Assembly: GCA_963760125.1 (NCBI GenBank)
Contig: CAVXBV010000010.1
Location: 3,342-67,341 of the forward strand
DNA from: an uncultured Actinomycetota bacterium
GTDB taxonomy: Bacteria; Actinomycetota; Actinomycetes; Mycobacteriales; SCTD01
Reading direction: 5' to 3'
DNA length: 64,000 bases
A program made the position numbers and the translations under genes. Within the stretch, counting starts at the first letter, position 1, and each line of letters begins with the position of its first letter. This document shows, piece after piece, positions 9,467 through 19,085 of the stretch. Below the pieces are notes generated by a model. The model was given only the letters and a program-made list of their open reading frames with translations, made no database searches and was not told the DNA's origin.

Positions 9467-10762
9467 CTAGCCCGCGCAGGCCAACGCTGGTGCGCAACCG
9501 ACGGGCGGGGGCGGGGCTGCGGTCGGCGTAGCCCTTGGCCGGGCCGGCGCGGCTTCGCGGTACAGCGCGACCAACCCGGCGTCGTACGACGAGAAGAGCG
9601 CAGCGGGGGTCGAACCGCGCAGCCGTACCACCGCACCGCCCCCGGCCTGGCCGCGCTCGTTGGCGATCGCCTCCGTGCGGAAGACGCCCGGGGCGGTCTG
9701 GCGCAACACGTAGAGGTGCTTGTCGCCGTCGCCACTGACGGCGAGGTCGGTGTCACCGTCCCCGTCGAGGTCTCCCCAGCCGAACACTCCGGGCGCCCCC
9801 TGCTGCTGCCCCCCGCCGGTGTCGGCGCGCGAGACGATGCCGGTCGAGATCATCCGCGCGGTCCACGGCAGGCGTGGGTCAGGTCCGGGGGTGAGCAGGT
9901 AGACGCCCTCCCGCGCCGTCCCGGGTGGACCGCTCGTGGTGTTGGTGTGGTTGGTGCCGACCCAGCCGATGCCGGGGACCTTGGACAGTTGGATCGCCCC
10001 ACCGAGGTCCGCGACCATCACGTGCTTGACCCAGGCCCCGAACCCCGGGCCGCCCAGGTGCTCCAGCCAGGCGAAGGAGCCGTTGCGGCTGAAGTACTGC
10101 GCACTCGCGACGTCCAGGTCGCCGTCCCCGTCGACGTCGGTGACGGTCGGCAGGGAGCCGAGCCCCTCGCCCAGGATGATGGGCGTGCTGCTGAAGCCAC
10201 CGTTCACCCCGGGGAACACCATCGTCGTGGCGGTGGCGGGCGTCTCGCCGACCGTGAGCAGGTCGCGGATCCCGTCCCCGTCGAGGTCGACGATCTCCGC
10301 TTTGTGGAAGAACGCGGGGTTGCCGACCGGCACCAGGTCGTGGCGTGTCCAGGTCCCGCGCGGTTTCTGCTGCCACCACGACAGCGACCCGCACGGCGAG
10401 CAGATGAAGAACCCGCCCGGCGCGACCAGGTCGACGAGGCCGTCCCCGTCGACGTCGGTGAGGGTCGGCTCCGCCGGGAACTGGATGCCGTCGGCGGGCA
10501 CGATGATGTCGCTGCGGACCCAGCGCCTCCCCGTGAGGGAGTACGACGCGACGGTGCCGCCGGTGGTCGGCCCGAAACCCGCGACCTTGCCGAAGCTCGT
10601 GGCGACGATCTCGGGTTGGCCATCACCGTCGAGGTCTCCGGCCGTGGAGAAGGCTGCACCGGGGAGGACGCCGACGACCTCCTCGGTCCACGGCTCCGCG
10701 GCGTCCGCGAGGGACGGGACCGCGAGCGCGGCGGTCGCCACCAGGGCCAGCACGATGCGCAT
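9467..10762 (-). CDS. Secreted FG-GAP/VCBS repeat (beta-propeller) protein
   Basis: Signal peptide MRIVLALVATAALAVPSLADA; five DxDGDG repeats; TGATG coupling with the upstream gene. Confidence 0.85.
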   Translation of the reverse strand: MRIVLALVATAALAVPSLADAAEPWTEEVVGVLPGAAFSTAGDLDGDGQPEIVATSFGKVAGFGPTTGGTVASYSLTGRRWVRSDIIVPADGIQFPAEPTLTDVDGDGLVDLVAPGGFFICSPCGSLSWWQQKPRGTWTRHDLVPVGNPAFFHKAEIVDLDGDGIRDLLTVGETPATATTMVFPGVNGGFSSTPIILGEGLGSLPTVTDVDGDGDLDVASAQYFSRNGSFAWLEHLGGPGFGAWVKHVMVADLGGAIQLSKVPGIGWVGTNHTNTTSGPPGTAREGVYLLTPGPDPRLPWTARMISTGIVSRADTGGGQQQGAPGVFGWGDLDGDGDTDLAVSGDGDKHLYVLRQTAPGVFRTEAIANERGQAGGGAVVRLRGSTPAALFSSYDAGLVALYREAAPARPRATPTAAPPPPVGCAPALACAG

Positions 10763-11631
10763 CACAGGGACCACTGCTCCTCCAGGAAGGACTCGACGTG
10801 TTGGGCGATCTGGTCTCGTACCGCGTGGGGATCCCCGGTCGCAGGGTCCTCGAGATACCCGCGGCCGCTCGTGCCGTCGTACCCCTCGCAGATGCTGTAG
10901 TGGTTGGCGCCTTCGACGATCACGACCTCGCACTGCCGAGTCTGCGGGACGGCACGGGCCATCGTGAGCTCCATCGGGTGGCCGCCGGAGTCGCGACCGG
11001 TCTGCGCCCGGGCGATGGCGTCGCCGATCCCGTCCGCCGCGCCGCCGAGCAGCAGTAGCGGTGGCCCCTCGCCGAGCGGCAGGTAGTGGTCCTCGCCGAA
11101 CCCCTGCGGGACCTGCGTGCGGGTGTGCCCCCCGTAGGAGAACGCCGGGGCGCCGAGCCAGGAGGAGCACAGCAGCGCGAGGGTCCCTCCTGCGGAGTGC
11201 CCACCTAGGGCCAGCCGGGTGAGGTCGAGGGCCTCGCCGACGTCGGCAACGCGCGGAAGCCGGTCCAGGAGCGCCGGCAGCAGCCGGGAGGGGAGGCGGG
11301 AGCCGAAGGTCTCCGGCGTGACCGCGTCGAGGTCGACGCCGGTGCTGAGCCCGGCCCGACCCCCGAACAGCGGCGCCACCCACTGCCAGGTCGCGACCGC
11401 CATCCCGCGAGCGGCCAGCCGCTTGGCCAGCCAGGCATAGAGCTCCGGAGGGCAGTTGAAGTTCCCGCCGAGCAGCAGGACGGGGAGCGACGCGGCAGCG
11501 GGAGCGACGATCCCCAGCGTGGGGTCGCCGTCCGCCTGCACTGCGGGGTAGTGCACGACGAGATGCGCTGTCGCGTAGGGGCTCTCGACACCAGGCACGG
11601 TGACGGCGTCGTACACCGCGCGCACGCGCAT
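10762..11631 (-). CDS. Alpha/beta hydrolase (chlorophyllase/dienelactone-hydrolase-like), paralog of 14965-15945
   Basis: GGHSAGG nucleophile, GAADG Asp and GANHY His; colinear with the 14965 protein. Confidence 0.8.
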   Translation of the reverse strand: MRVRAVYDAVTVPGVESPYATAHLVVHYPAVQADGDPTLGIVAPAAASLPVLLLGGNFNCPPELYAWLAKRLAARGMAVATWQWVAPLFGGRAGLSTGVDLDAVTPETFGSRLPSRLLPALLDRLPRVADVGEALDLTRLALGGHSAGGTLALLCSSWLGAPAFSYGGHTRTQVPQGFGEDHYLPLGEGPPLLLLGGAADGIGDAIARAQTGRDSGGHPMELTMARAVPQTRQCEVVIVEGANHYSICEGYDGTSGRGYLEDPATGDPHAVRDQIAQHVESFLEEQWSL

Positions 11632-12389
11632 CACGACCAGAGCTCCACGAGGACGCCGCCGGGGGCCACGCAGCGGACCGCGCCGTCGCGCACCTCGCCG
11701 ACGCGGTCCCACGGCAACGCGAGGGCGGCAGTGAGGTCGTCCACTGCGAAGGCGGGCCACGCCCGACCCGCGAGGGGCTGACCGTCGGAGGCGGGAACGG
11801 AGCGCCCCGGGAACCCGAACAGCTCCAGGCGCATCGGGGACACGGCGTCATCGCTGACCATCGCCATGCGGACCGGGCCCGGCTCGGGGAGCCCCATGAT
11901 CTCGGTGACGGCCGGGGAGTCGAGAGGCACGTCGAATGCGCACGTCAGACCTGCCGCCGTGAAGAAGGCGACCGTCTCACCGACCTCCGGCACCACCCAG
12001 ACCAGGCTGTGCGCCTCCGAGAACTCCGCGGCTGTGGTGTCGAGCCGCGATGGCCGCCGGTGATTGGCCTCGATGAGCACGACCGGGAGCCCGTCCGGTC
12101 CGGTCATTCGCGACTGGTGCATCACGAGCGGTCCGAGATCGATGCGTACCGAGGGCCGGTCGCCGATGTCGCGGACGTAGAAGTCCAGCGCGGCAACGCC
12201 TCCGTCGTAGGGCGCTCGGGCCGGCCCGGGGGCGGCGCGGACCACTCGAACCCGGCCACGCTCGGCGCTCGCGAGGTCGACGTGACCGGGGCCCTTATCG
12301 ACCACCGCGAGGTCGAACCCCTGCAGGAAGGCGACGGTCGCCGCGACGTCGCTGGCACCGACGACGGCACCGATCGGACTCTGGAGCAA
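11631..12389 (-). CDS. VOC/glyoxalase-like protein (two repeats)
   Basis: Glyoxalase-like pattern (ALDFYVRD, GPDGLPVVLIE, PGGVLVELW). Probable TTG start at 12389 after an AAGGAGG RBS. Confidence 0.65.
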   Translation of the reverse strand: MLQSPIGAVVGASDVAATVAFLQGFDLAVVDKGPGHVDLASAERGRVRVVRAAPGPARAPYDGGVAALDFYVRDIGDRPSVRIDLGPLVMHQSRMTGPDGLPVVLIEANHRRPSRLDTTAAEFSEAHSLVWVVPEVGETVAFFTAAGLTCAFDVPLDSPAVTEIMGLPEPGPVRMAMVSDDAVSPMRLELFGFPGRSVPASDGQPLAGRAWPAFAVDDLTAALALPWDRVGEVRDGAVRCVAPGGVLVELWS

Positions 12390-12438
12390 AGCTCCTCCTT
12401 GACAGGTGACGGGCCCGGAGCCGACAGTTTCGCACAAA

Positions 12439-12451
12439 GGAACGCTGTTCC
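12439..12451. promoter_or_regulatory. Palindromic operator GGAAC-GCT-GTTCC
   Basis: Lies in a divergent intergenic region, downstream of TTGACA (12399-12404). Confidence 0.75.
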
Positions 12452-12473
12452 AAAACACCTGAGGAGCTCATCG

Positions 12474-14120
12474 ATGGTCCGCGTGGCCGCTGCCCAGTTC
12501 GCGACCGGACCCGACGTGGAGGCCAACCTCGCCACGGTCCTGCGCATGGTCGACCAGGCCGTCGCCGACGGCGCCGCTCTCGTCGTCCTGCCGGAGTTCT
12601 GCAACCACCCCAGCTGGTACGCCGACGGCGCCCACGCGTGGGAGGTGGCGTGCGACCTCGACGGGCCGTTCGTCACGGCGGTCGCCGAGAAGGCGCGCGA
12701 GACCGGCGCCTGGGTGATGCTGAACGTGACCGTGCGCCGGGAGCCCGGCCGGCTCACCGACACCAACGTGCTGCTCGACGCGAGCGGCGCGATCGTGGGC
12801 ACCAGCGACAAGCAGGTGCTCATGGGCGGTGAGCGCCTGCACATCAGCGAGGGGACGACCGACAGCCCGGTCCTCGACACGCCCTTCGGGCCGGTCGGCC
12901 TCTACAGCTGCATGGACGGCGTGATCTTCGAGACCCCGCGCATGCTCGCCGTCCGAGGTGCGCACCTGCTCCTCAACAGCCTCAACTCGTTCGCCCTCGA
13001 CGAGGCGTCGCTCCACGTCCCGGTCCGTGCCGCGGAGAACAAGGTCTGGGTGGTCGCTGCCAACAAGGTGGGCTACCTCATCCCGGACGGCACCCGGGAG
13101 CACGTCGCGTCTCAGCTCGGCATCGACCCGGAGTGGCTGCAGGGAGCTGGGGAGAGCCAGATCGTCGCCCCCGACGGCACCGTGGTGGCCATCGGTCCCC
13201 GGTATGGCGAGGCGGTCGTCGTGGCCGACGTCGATGTCTCGCTCGCGGCCGACAAGCGGCGTCCCGACGGCACCGACGTGATGGCCGCGCGACGGCCGGC
13301 GACGTACGCCCCGCTCGCAGCGGCTCCTCGTGGCATCTCCCAGCAGGCCGGTCCGGTCGAGGTGCTGGCCGCGGTCGTGACGGACCCGGCGGACGTCGGC
13401 AAGGCCGTCGCCGACGGTGCGCAGATCGTCGTGCTGCCCGAGCTGGCGCAGACCACGTCCGGGACCACGGACGACCCGGCTGCGCTGGCCGACGCCGCGG
13501 ACGACTTCCTCGCCGGCCTCCGCTGCGACGCGATCGTCGTCACGACCGTGATCCGCCGGGTCGGCGACGCCTTCGCGCATGTGGCCGTCGCCGTCGGTCC
13601 GGGCCTGGCCCACGAGCAGGTCGCCCTGCACGCCAGCGCCAGGCACCCGTGGGCGACGGTCCTGGCCGACGAGGTGTCCGTCGTCGCGACCGAGGTCGGG
13701 CGGCTCGCGCTGCTGGTGGGCGATGACCTGCTCTACCCGGAGGCCGCTCGGCTCGCGGCGATCGGCGAGGCGGAGGTCCTCGCGGCGCCGTACACCGCAC
13801 TGGAGGACTGGGAAGTGCGCGCGGGGCTCGTGGAGCGAGCCGCGGAGAACCGGGTGAACCTGGTGGCCGCGAGCCGCGTCACGGATGCCGGTCAGGGGGT
13901 CGTCATCGCCGCCCAACAGGACTTCACGCTGTGGACTCCCTGGGCGCGCGACTTCGACGGGACCATCAACTACCCGATCGTCCACGCGGCTCCGCGCGAC
14001 GGTGCGCCGCTCGTGGCGCCGGTGCACCCGGCGGCCACGGCGAACCGGTTCGTCAGTCGCGGCACCGACGTCGTCGACGGTCGTCCGTGGGCGCTTGCCT
14101 CGGTCCTCGCCGAGGGGTAA
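12474..14120 (+). CDS. Carbon-nitrogen hydrolase (nitrilase/amidase superfamily) with a duplicated domain
   Basis: N-domain has the E-K-C triad (LPEFCN, SDKQ, YSCMDG) and RAAENK. The second domain has LPEL and RAAENR but no catalytic Cys. Confidence 0.88.
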   Translation: MVRVAAAQFATGPDVEANLATVLRMVDQAVADGAALVVLPEFCNHPSWYADGAHAWEVACDLDGPFVTAVAEKARETGAWVMLNVTVRREPGRLTDTNVLLDASGAIVGTSDKQVLMGGERLHISEGTTDSPVLDTPFGPVGLYSCMDGVIFETPRMLAVRGAHLLLNSLNSFALDEASLHVPVRAAENKVWVVAANKVGYLIPDGTREHVASQLGIDPEWLQGAGESQIVAPDGTVVAIGPRYGEAVVVADVDVSLAADKRRPDGTDVMAARRPATYAPLAAAPRGISQQAGPVEVLAAVVTDPADVGKAVADGAQIVVLPELAQTTSGTTDDPAALADAADDFLAGLRCDAIVVTTVIRRVGDAFAHVAVAVGPGLAHEQVALHASARHPWATVLADEVSVVATEVGRLALLVGDDLLYPEAARLAAIGEAEVLAAPYTALEDWEVRAGLVERAAENRVNLVAASRVTDAGQGVVIAAQQDFTLWTPWARDFDGTINYPIVHAAPRDGAPLVAPVHPAATANRFVSRGTDVVDGRPWALASVLAEG

Positions 14121-14157
14121 GTTTCGCTCAGTAGATATACGTTCCACTGAGTGAAAC
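14121..14157. promoter_or_regulatory. Inverted repeat (12-bp arms) enclosing a degenerate operator
   Basis: GTTTCGCTCAGT-[AGATATACGTTCC]-ACTGAGTGAAAC, between the hydrolase stop and the RCCR-like start. Confidence 0.55.
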
Positions 14158-14170
14158 AGGGGCAGCAACC

Positions 14171-14968
14171 GTGGCGGAGACGATCAAGTCGGTCGCAGAC
14201 TTCGTGGCCGAGTCCGGGGAGACGATCGACGTCACGCCGGCGTACGAGGCCCTGTGGGCGCTGGTCGACGAGCTGACGCAGAAGGTCCAGAAGCGCTTCG
14301 CGCTGACGCGCGACGCGAGCACCGAGAAGTACGAGAGCTACACCGGCGACGGTCCGACCGGCACGATCCGCGGCTACTCCGGCCCCGAGATCGACTGGAT
14401 GATCCACTCCTGGATCGCCAACCCGAAGGCGTCCTTCACCAACATCCACCTGACGATCTGGCTCGGCCCGCAGGTCCGGGTGCCGCACTTCGGGCTCGCC
14501 TTCGGGACCTTCCCTCAGGTCTGGTGCTACCTCGACTACCTCCCGCGCGCTGACCTGCTGGTCGACCTCGACTACCTCGACACCTACTACGAGCCGCTGA
14601 ACGCCGAGCACCTGGACGTCCGCGCCCGCCCCGGCATCGACCCGTTCGTCAGCCACTCCCTGCACGTGCGGGAGTCGCTGACCAACACCTCGCACTGCTG
14701 GTCCTGCCTCGATCTCGAGCAGTCGCTCGCCCTGACCCGGGAGCTCGCGCACTCGCGCCTGGACCGGTGGCTGCAGTGGGTCGACGAGGCGCCGCTGGTC
14801 CCCGAGGACGAGCGGGCGGCGCTGCGCGCCCGTGACGAGGCGGTCCGCCGCAACATCGCCGAGCGCGACCCGGCCAACGTCATGGGCGTGAAGTACTTCG
14901 GCGAGCAGATGACCCAGGAGCTCGTGAAGACCCTCTGGGGCGGCGACCGCGCGCTGCCGCGACCGTGA
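14171..14968 (+). CDS. Red chlorophyll catabolite reductase-like protein (ferredoxin-dependent bilin reductase fold) 1
   Basis: IDWMIHSWI, LDYLPRADLLVDLDYLDTYYE and PFVSHSLHVR match RCCR-family segments as I recall them. Confidence 0.8.
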   Translation: MAETIKSVADFVAESGETIDVTPAYEALWALVDELTQKVQKRFALTRDASTEKYESYTGDGPTGTIRGYSGPEIDWMIHSWIANPKASFTNIHLTIWLGPQVRVPHFGLAFGTFPQVWCYLDYLPRADLLVDLDYLDTYYEPLNAEHLDVRARPGIDPFVSHSLHVRESLTNTSHCWSCLDLEQSLALTRELAHSRLDRWLQWVDEAPLVPEDERAALRARDEAVRRNIAERDPANVMGVKYFGEQMTQELVKTLWGGDRALPRP

Positions 14969-15945
14969 CGGTCCGCGCGGTCCACGCCGCTTGCACCGTC
15001 CCGACCAACCAGGCGCCGTACGACACGGTGCACCTGAAGGTCTTCTACCCGGCCGCGCCCACGGGCGACCTGGCGGAGAAGATGACCGGCGTCGTGGCGG
15101 CCGATGCTGCGCGGGCGCCGTACCCGGTGGTCGTGCTCTTCAACGGCATCAACGTCAGCGCGGACAGCTACCGCTGGCTCGCCGAGGACCTGGCCTCCCG
15201 CGGCTACGCCGTCGTGACGTTCACCTTCGTCGAGGAGGTGTTCGGGACCGGCGTCGCCGTCAGCCCGGGCATCGACGTCGAGATGATCAAGCCCGAGACC
15301 TTCGGCTCCGCCCCCAGCGGTACGGCGGTGCAGCCGGTCCTCGACGCGCTCGCCAAGCTCGGTGCTCCGCTCGAGGGCCTGCTCGACCTCGACCGCGTCG
15401 CCTTGGGCGGTCACTCCGGCGGCGGGACCGTCGTCCTGCAGTCGGCCAACCCGGCGTGGTTCCCGCAGGTCCGCGCGGTGTTCACCTACGGCGCCCACGC
15501 GATGGCCAGCACGATCCTGGGCTGGCCGGTCGGGCACGTCATGGACCTGTCCGACGACATCGCGGTCCTGCTGGCCACCGGCGAGTACGACGGCGTGATG
15601 GCGGCGAGCGCGGTGCGGTACGGCGAAGAGGGCGGCGTCGACCGCATCGACCCTGTCGAGCGCACCTTCGACCAGTCCTTTGCCGGCGGTCGTGGCGACG
15701 TGCACCACCTGGTGCTCAAGGGCGCCAACCACTTCACCGTGGCCCACCCGTTGGACCTCACCAGCGCCCGCGCCTTCCTCGACGAGCCGGCGACGGCGGA
15801 CGAGGACGTGGCCCGGGCGGCGCTCGCGGACGCGCTCGCGCTGTTCCTCGACGCGAGCCTGCGCGGCGAGGCCGCCGCCGCCGCGACCCTGACCAGCTGG
15901 ACCAGCGCGCCGCCGGACGCGGTGCTGAGCATGCGGAGCAAGTGA
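14965..15945 (+). CDS. Alpha/beta hydrolase (chlorophyllase/dienelactone-hydrolase-like)
   Basis: LKVFYPA, YRWLAEDLASRGY, GGHSGGG, GEYDG and GANHF give a complete Ser-Asp-His triad. Confidence 0.82.
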   Translation: MTVRAVHAACTVPTNQAPYDTVHLKVFYPAAPTGDLAEKMTGVVAADAARAPYPVVVLFNGINVSADSYRWLAEDLASRGYAVVTFTFVEEVFGTGVAVSPGIDVEMIKPETFGSAPSGTAVQPVLDALAKLGAPLEGLLDLDRVALGGHSGGGTVVLQSANPAWFPQVRAVFTYGAHAMASTILGWPVGHVMDLSDDIAVLLATGEYDGVMAASAVRYGEEGGVDRIDPVERTFDQSFAGGRGDVHHLVLKGANHFTVAHPLDLTSARAFLDEPATADEDVARAALADALALFLDASLRGEAAAAATLTSWTSAPPDAVLSMRSK

Positions 15946-15946
15946 C

Positions 15947-17137
15947 ATGAGTGCCCTGGACGACCTGCGTGTCATCGAGATGGGTCAGCTGCTCGCCGGC
16001 CCGTTCGCCGGCCAGCTCTTCGCTGACTTCGGCGCCGACGTGGTGAAGCTCGAACCGCCGGGCGTCGGTGACCCGATGCGCGAGTGGGGACGCGAGAAGC
16101 CGCACGGCAAGTCGCTCTGGTGGCCGATCGTCGCGCGCGGCAAGCGCTCGGTCACCTGCGACCTCCGCACTCCCGACGGCCAGCAGATCGTCAGGGACCT
16201 CGTCGCCAAGGCCGACGTGCTCATCGAGAACTTCCGTCCCGGCACGCTTGAGCGGTGGAACCTCAGCCCTGAGCTGCTCTGGGAGATCAACCCCAAGCTC
16301 GTCATCTTGCGGGTCAGCGGGTTCGGTCAGACCGGGCCCAAGTCCACGCAGGCCGGCTATGGCTCGATCGGCGAGGCCATGGGTGGTCTGCGGTACGTCA
16401 TGGGCGAGCCGGACCGCCAGCCGTCGCGGGCGGGCATCTCCATCGGCGACACCCTGGCGGCCATCTTCGCCACCCTCGGTGGCCTCATCGCCCTGCACGC
16501 GCGCGAGCGCACCGGCCGGGGGCAGGTCGTCGACTCCGCGATCTACGAGGCCGTCATGGCCGTGATGGAGTCGCTCATCACCGAGTTCGACGTGGTCGGG
16601 TACGTCCGCGAGCGCACCGGCGCGATCATCCCCAACGTCGCGCCGTCCAACGTCTACCCGACGGCCGACGGCGTCGGGGTCCTCATCGCCGGCAACCAGG
16701 ACACGGTGTTCAAGCGGCTCGCTCAGGCGATGGGCCGCCCAGAGCTCGGCGACGACCCGCGCTACGCCACGCACGCCGCGCGCGGCGCGACGCAGGAGGA
16801 GCTCGACGCCCTCATCGGCGAGTGGACCATCACCCTGGACTCCGCGAAGGTCATGGAGATCATGGAGGAGTACGGCGTCCCGACCGGCCTGGTCTACCGG
16901 GCCAAGGAAATGCTCGAGGACACCCACATCGCCGCGCGCGAGGCGATCGTGAAGATCGCCCACCCGATGTTCGGTGACATCCGGATGCAGAACACCTTCC
17001 CCAAGCTCTCCGACACCCCCGGGGAGATCCGCTGGGTCGGCCCGGAGCTCGGTGAGCACACCGACGTCGTGCTCGCCGACCTGCTTGGCTACGACGACGC
17101 GAAGGTCGACGCGCTCAAGGCCGCCGGGGTCGTCTAG
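15947..17137 (+). CDS. Class III CoA-transferase (CaiB/BaiF family)
   Basis: LAGPFAGQLFADFGADVVKLE, ENFRPG and SIGD motifs. Confidence 0.93.
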   Translation: MSALDDLRVIEMGQLLAGPFAGQLFADFGADVVKLEPPGVGDPMREWGREKPHGKSLWWPIVARGKRSVTCDLRTPDGQQIVRDLVAKADVLIENFRPGTLERWNLSPELLWEINPKLVILRVSGFGQTGPKSTQAGYGSIGEAMGGLRYVMGEPDRQPSRAGISIGDTLAAIFATLGGLIALHARERTGRGQVVDSAIYEAVMAVMESLITEFDVVGYVRERTGAIIPNVAPSNVYPTADGVGVLIAGNQDTVFKRLAQAMGRPELGDDPRYATHAARGATQEELDALIGEWTITLDSAKVMEIMEEYGVPTGLVYRAKEMLEDTHIAAREAIVKIAHPMFGDIRMQNTFPKLSDTPGEIRWVGPELGEHTDVVLADLLGYDDAKVDALKAAGVV

Positions 17138-17937
17138 TGCTCGACACGTCGCGGCTGGTCCACGCCCCCGGGGTGATGGACCCGGTGACCGCGCTGCTCG
17201 CGCAGCAGGCCGGCTTCGAGGTGCTCTACCTGTCGGGGGCGGTGGTCAGCGCCGTGGTGCTGGGTCGCGCTGACCTCGGGTTCGTCCACGGCAGCGACAT
17301 CGCCGCCCTCGCGGCGCGCATCACCGCCGTCGTCGACCTGCCTCTCGTCGCGGACGCCGACACCGGCTACGGCGGCGTGCTCCAGGTCGCGCGTACGGCG
17401 GAGGCCTACGCGCGGGCGGGGGTGACCGCGATGCAGATCGAGGACCAGGTGTCGCCCAAGCGCTGCGGTCACCTGGCGGGCAAGGAGATCCTGCCTCTCG
17501 GTGAGGCCGTGGCCAAGGTGCGCGCCGCCGTCGACACCGGCGCGGTGCAGGTCATCGCGCGGACCGACGCGCTCTCGGTGCACGGGCTGGACGAGGCGCT
17601 GCGTCGCGCCGCCGCCTACGCCGAGGCCGGTGCCGACCTGGTCTTCGTCGAGGGGGCCGCGGGGGGCGTGGACCTCGATCACCCGCAGGTGCTCAACCGT
17701 TCCGAGGCAGGGGGGGACCGCCCGGTCGTGCCCGACGACGAGCTGTTCGCCGGCGGGGTCCGCCTGGTCATCCACCCCGTGTCCGCCCTCGTCGCGATGG
17801 CCCAGGCGGCCCAGCAGACTTACGCCGCGATCGCGGCAACGGGCTCGGCGCAGTCGGTCCCCCGGATGTCGTGGCCCGTGCTCACCGACCTGCTCGGACA
17901 GGGCGAGGACCTTGCCCGCGAAGGGACCTACGCATGA
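17137..17937 (+). CDS. Isocitrate lyase/PEP mutase family C-C lyase (methylisocitrate/dimethylmalate lyase-like)
   Basis: DADTGYG, IEDQVSPKRCGH and IARTDA motifs. Confidence 0.9.
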   Translation: MLDTSRLVHAPGVMDPVTALLAQQAGFEVLYLSGAVVSAVVLGRADLGFVHGSDIAALAARITAVVDLPLVADADTGYGGVLQVARTAEAYARAGVTAMQIEDQVSPKRCGHLAGKEILPLGEAVAKVRAAVDTGAVQVIARTDALSVHGLDEALRRAAAYAEAGADLVFVEGAAGGVDLDHPQVLNRSEAGGDRPVVPDDELFAGGVRLVIHPVSALVAMAQAAQQTYAAIAATGSAQSVPRMSWPVLTDLLGQGEDLAREGTYA

Positions 17938-19085
17938 TCCTCGTCGCCGGAGCGGGCCCCGTCGGGCTCACCGCGGCGCTCGTCCTCGCCCGTCGCGGCC
18001 ACGCCGTGACGGTGCTCGAGGCCGGTCCGGACCTCGCCACCGAGAGCCGCGCCTCGACGTTCCACCCGCCGTCGCTGGAGATGCTCGCCGACCTCGACGT
18101 GCTCGAACCCCTGCTGGCTATGGGGATCACGTCGACGACGTTCCAGTACCGCGACCGGTCGGGCGGTGTCATCGCCGACCTCGACCTGTCGGTGCTGGCC
18201 GACGACACGGCGTACCCCTTCCGGGTGCAGTGCGAGCAGAGCCGCCTGACTCCGATCCTGCGCGAGGCGCTGCTCGGGCACGAGGGCTGCACGATCATGT
18301 ATGACGCCCGCGTGACCGACGTCGAGCAGACGGCGACCGGTGTCCGCGTGACGGCAGGCTCGGTGCACGAGGGCGACTGGCTGGTCGGGGCTGACGGCGC
18401 GTCGTCGATGGTGCGCAAGTCGCTCGGGTTGGCGTTCGAGGGGCTGACCTACCCCGAGCGGTTCCTGGTCGTGTCGACGCGGGAGGACCTCGAGCAACTG
18501 CTGCCCGGCATCGCGGCGGTCAACTACGTGTTCGACCCCGACGAGTGGCTGGTGCTGCTCAAGACGCCTGATCACTGGCGAATCCTGTTCCCGACCGACC
18601 CCGACTCGCCGGACGAGGTCGAGACGGCCCGCGTGCACGAGAGGCTGGGCGGTGTCGTCGACCTCGGCCGGGACTGGGACGTCCTGCACACCTCGCTGTA
18701 CAACGTGCACCAGCGCGTCGCGTCGTCGTTCCGCGTCGACCGCGTGCTGCTCGCCGGGGACGCCGCCCACGTGAACAACCCCCTCGGTGGCATGGGGATG
18801 AACTCCGGCCTGCACGACGCCGTCGCACTCGCCGGGGCGCTCGCCGACCTGCTGGAAGGCGGGCCGGACCTGCTGGACGACGTGGCAGCGCGCCGCCGCT
18901 GGGTCGCCACCGACTACGTCAAGACGCAGACCCACGGCAACTGGGAGCAGATCCGCGAGCGCGACCCGGAGGCGCGCGCGGCGTTGCACGAGGTGCTCCG
19001 TGCGCGCGGCGCGGATCCTGTGGCGATGCGGGACTACCTGCTGACGACGTCGATGATCGACTCGCTGCGGACCGTCGTCCGGTGA
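17934..19085 (+). CDS. FAD-dependent monooxygenase (PHBH-like family)
   Basis: GAGPVG, GADGASS and LLAGDAAHVNNPLGGMGMNSG motifs. Confidence 0.9.
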   Translation: MILVAGAGPVGLTAALVLARRGHAVTVLEAGPDLATESRASTFHPPSLEMLADLDVLEPLLAMGITSTTFQYRDRSGGVIADLDLSVLADDTAYPFRVQCEQSRLTPILREALLGHEGCTIMYDARVTDVEQTATGVRVTAGSVHEGDWLVGADGASSMVRKSLGLAFEGLTYPERFLVVSTREDLEQLLPGIAAVNYVFDPDEWLVLLKTPDHWRILFPTDPDSPDEVETARVHERLGGVVDLGRDWDVLHTSLYNVHQRVASSFRVDRVLLAGDAAHVNNPLGGMGMNSGLHDAVALAGALADLLEGGPDLLDDVAARRRWVATDYVKTQTHGNWEQIRERDPEARAALHEVLRARGADPVAMRDYLLTTSMIDSLRTVVR

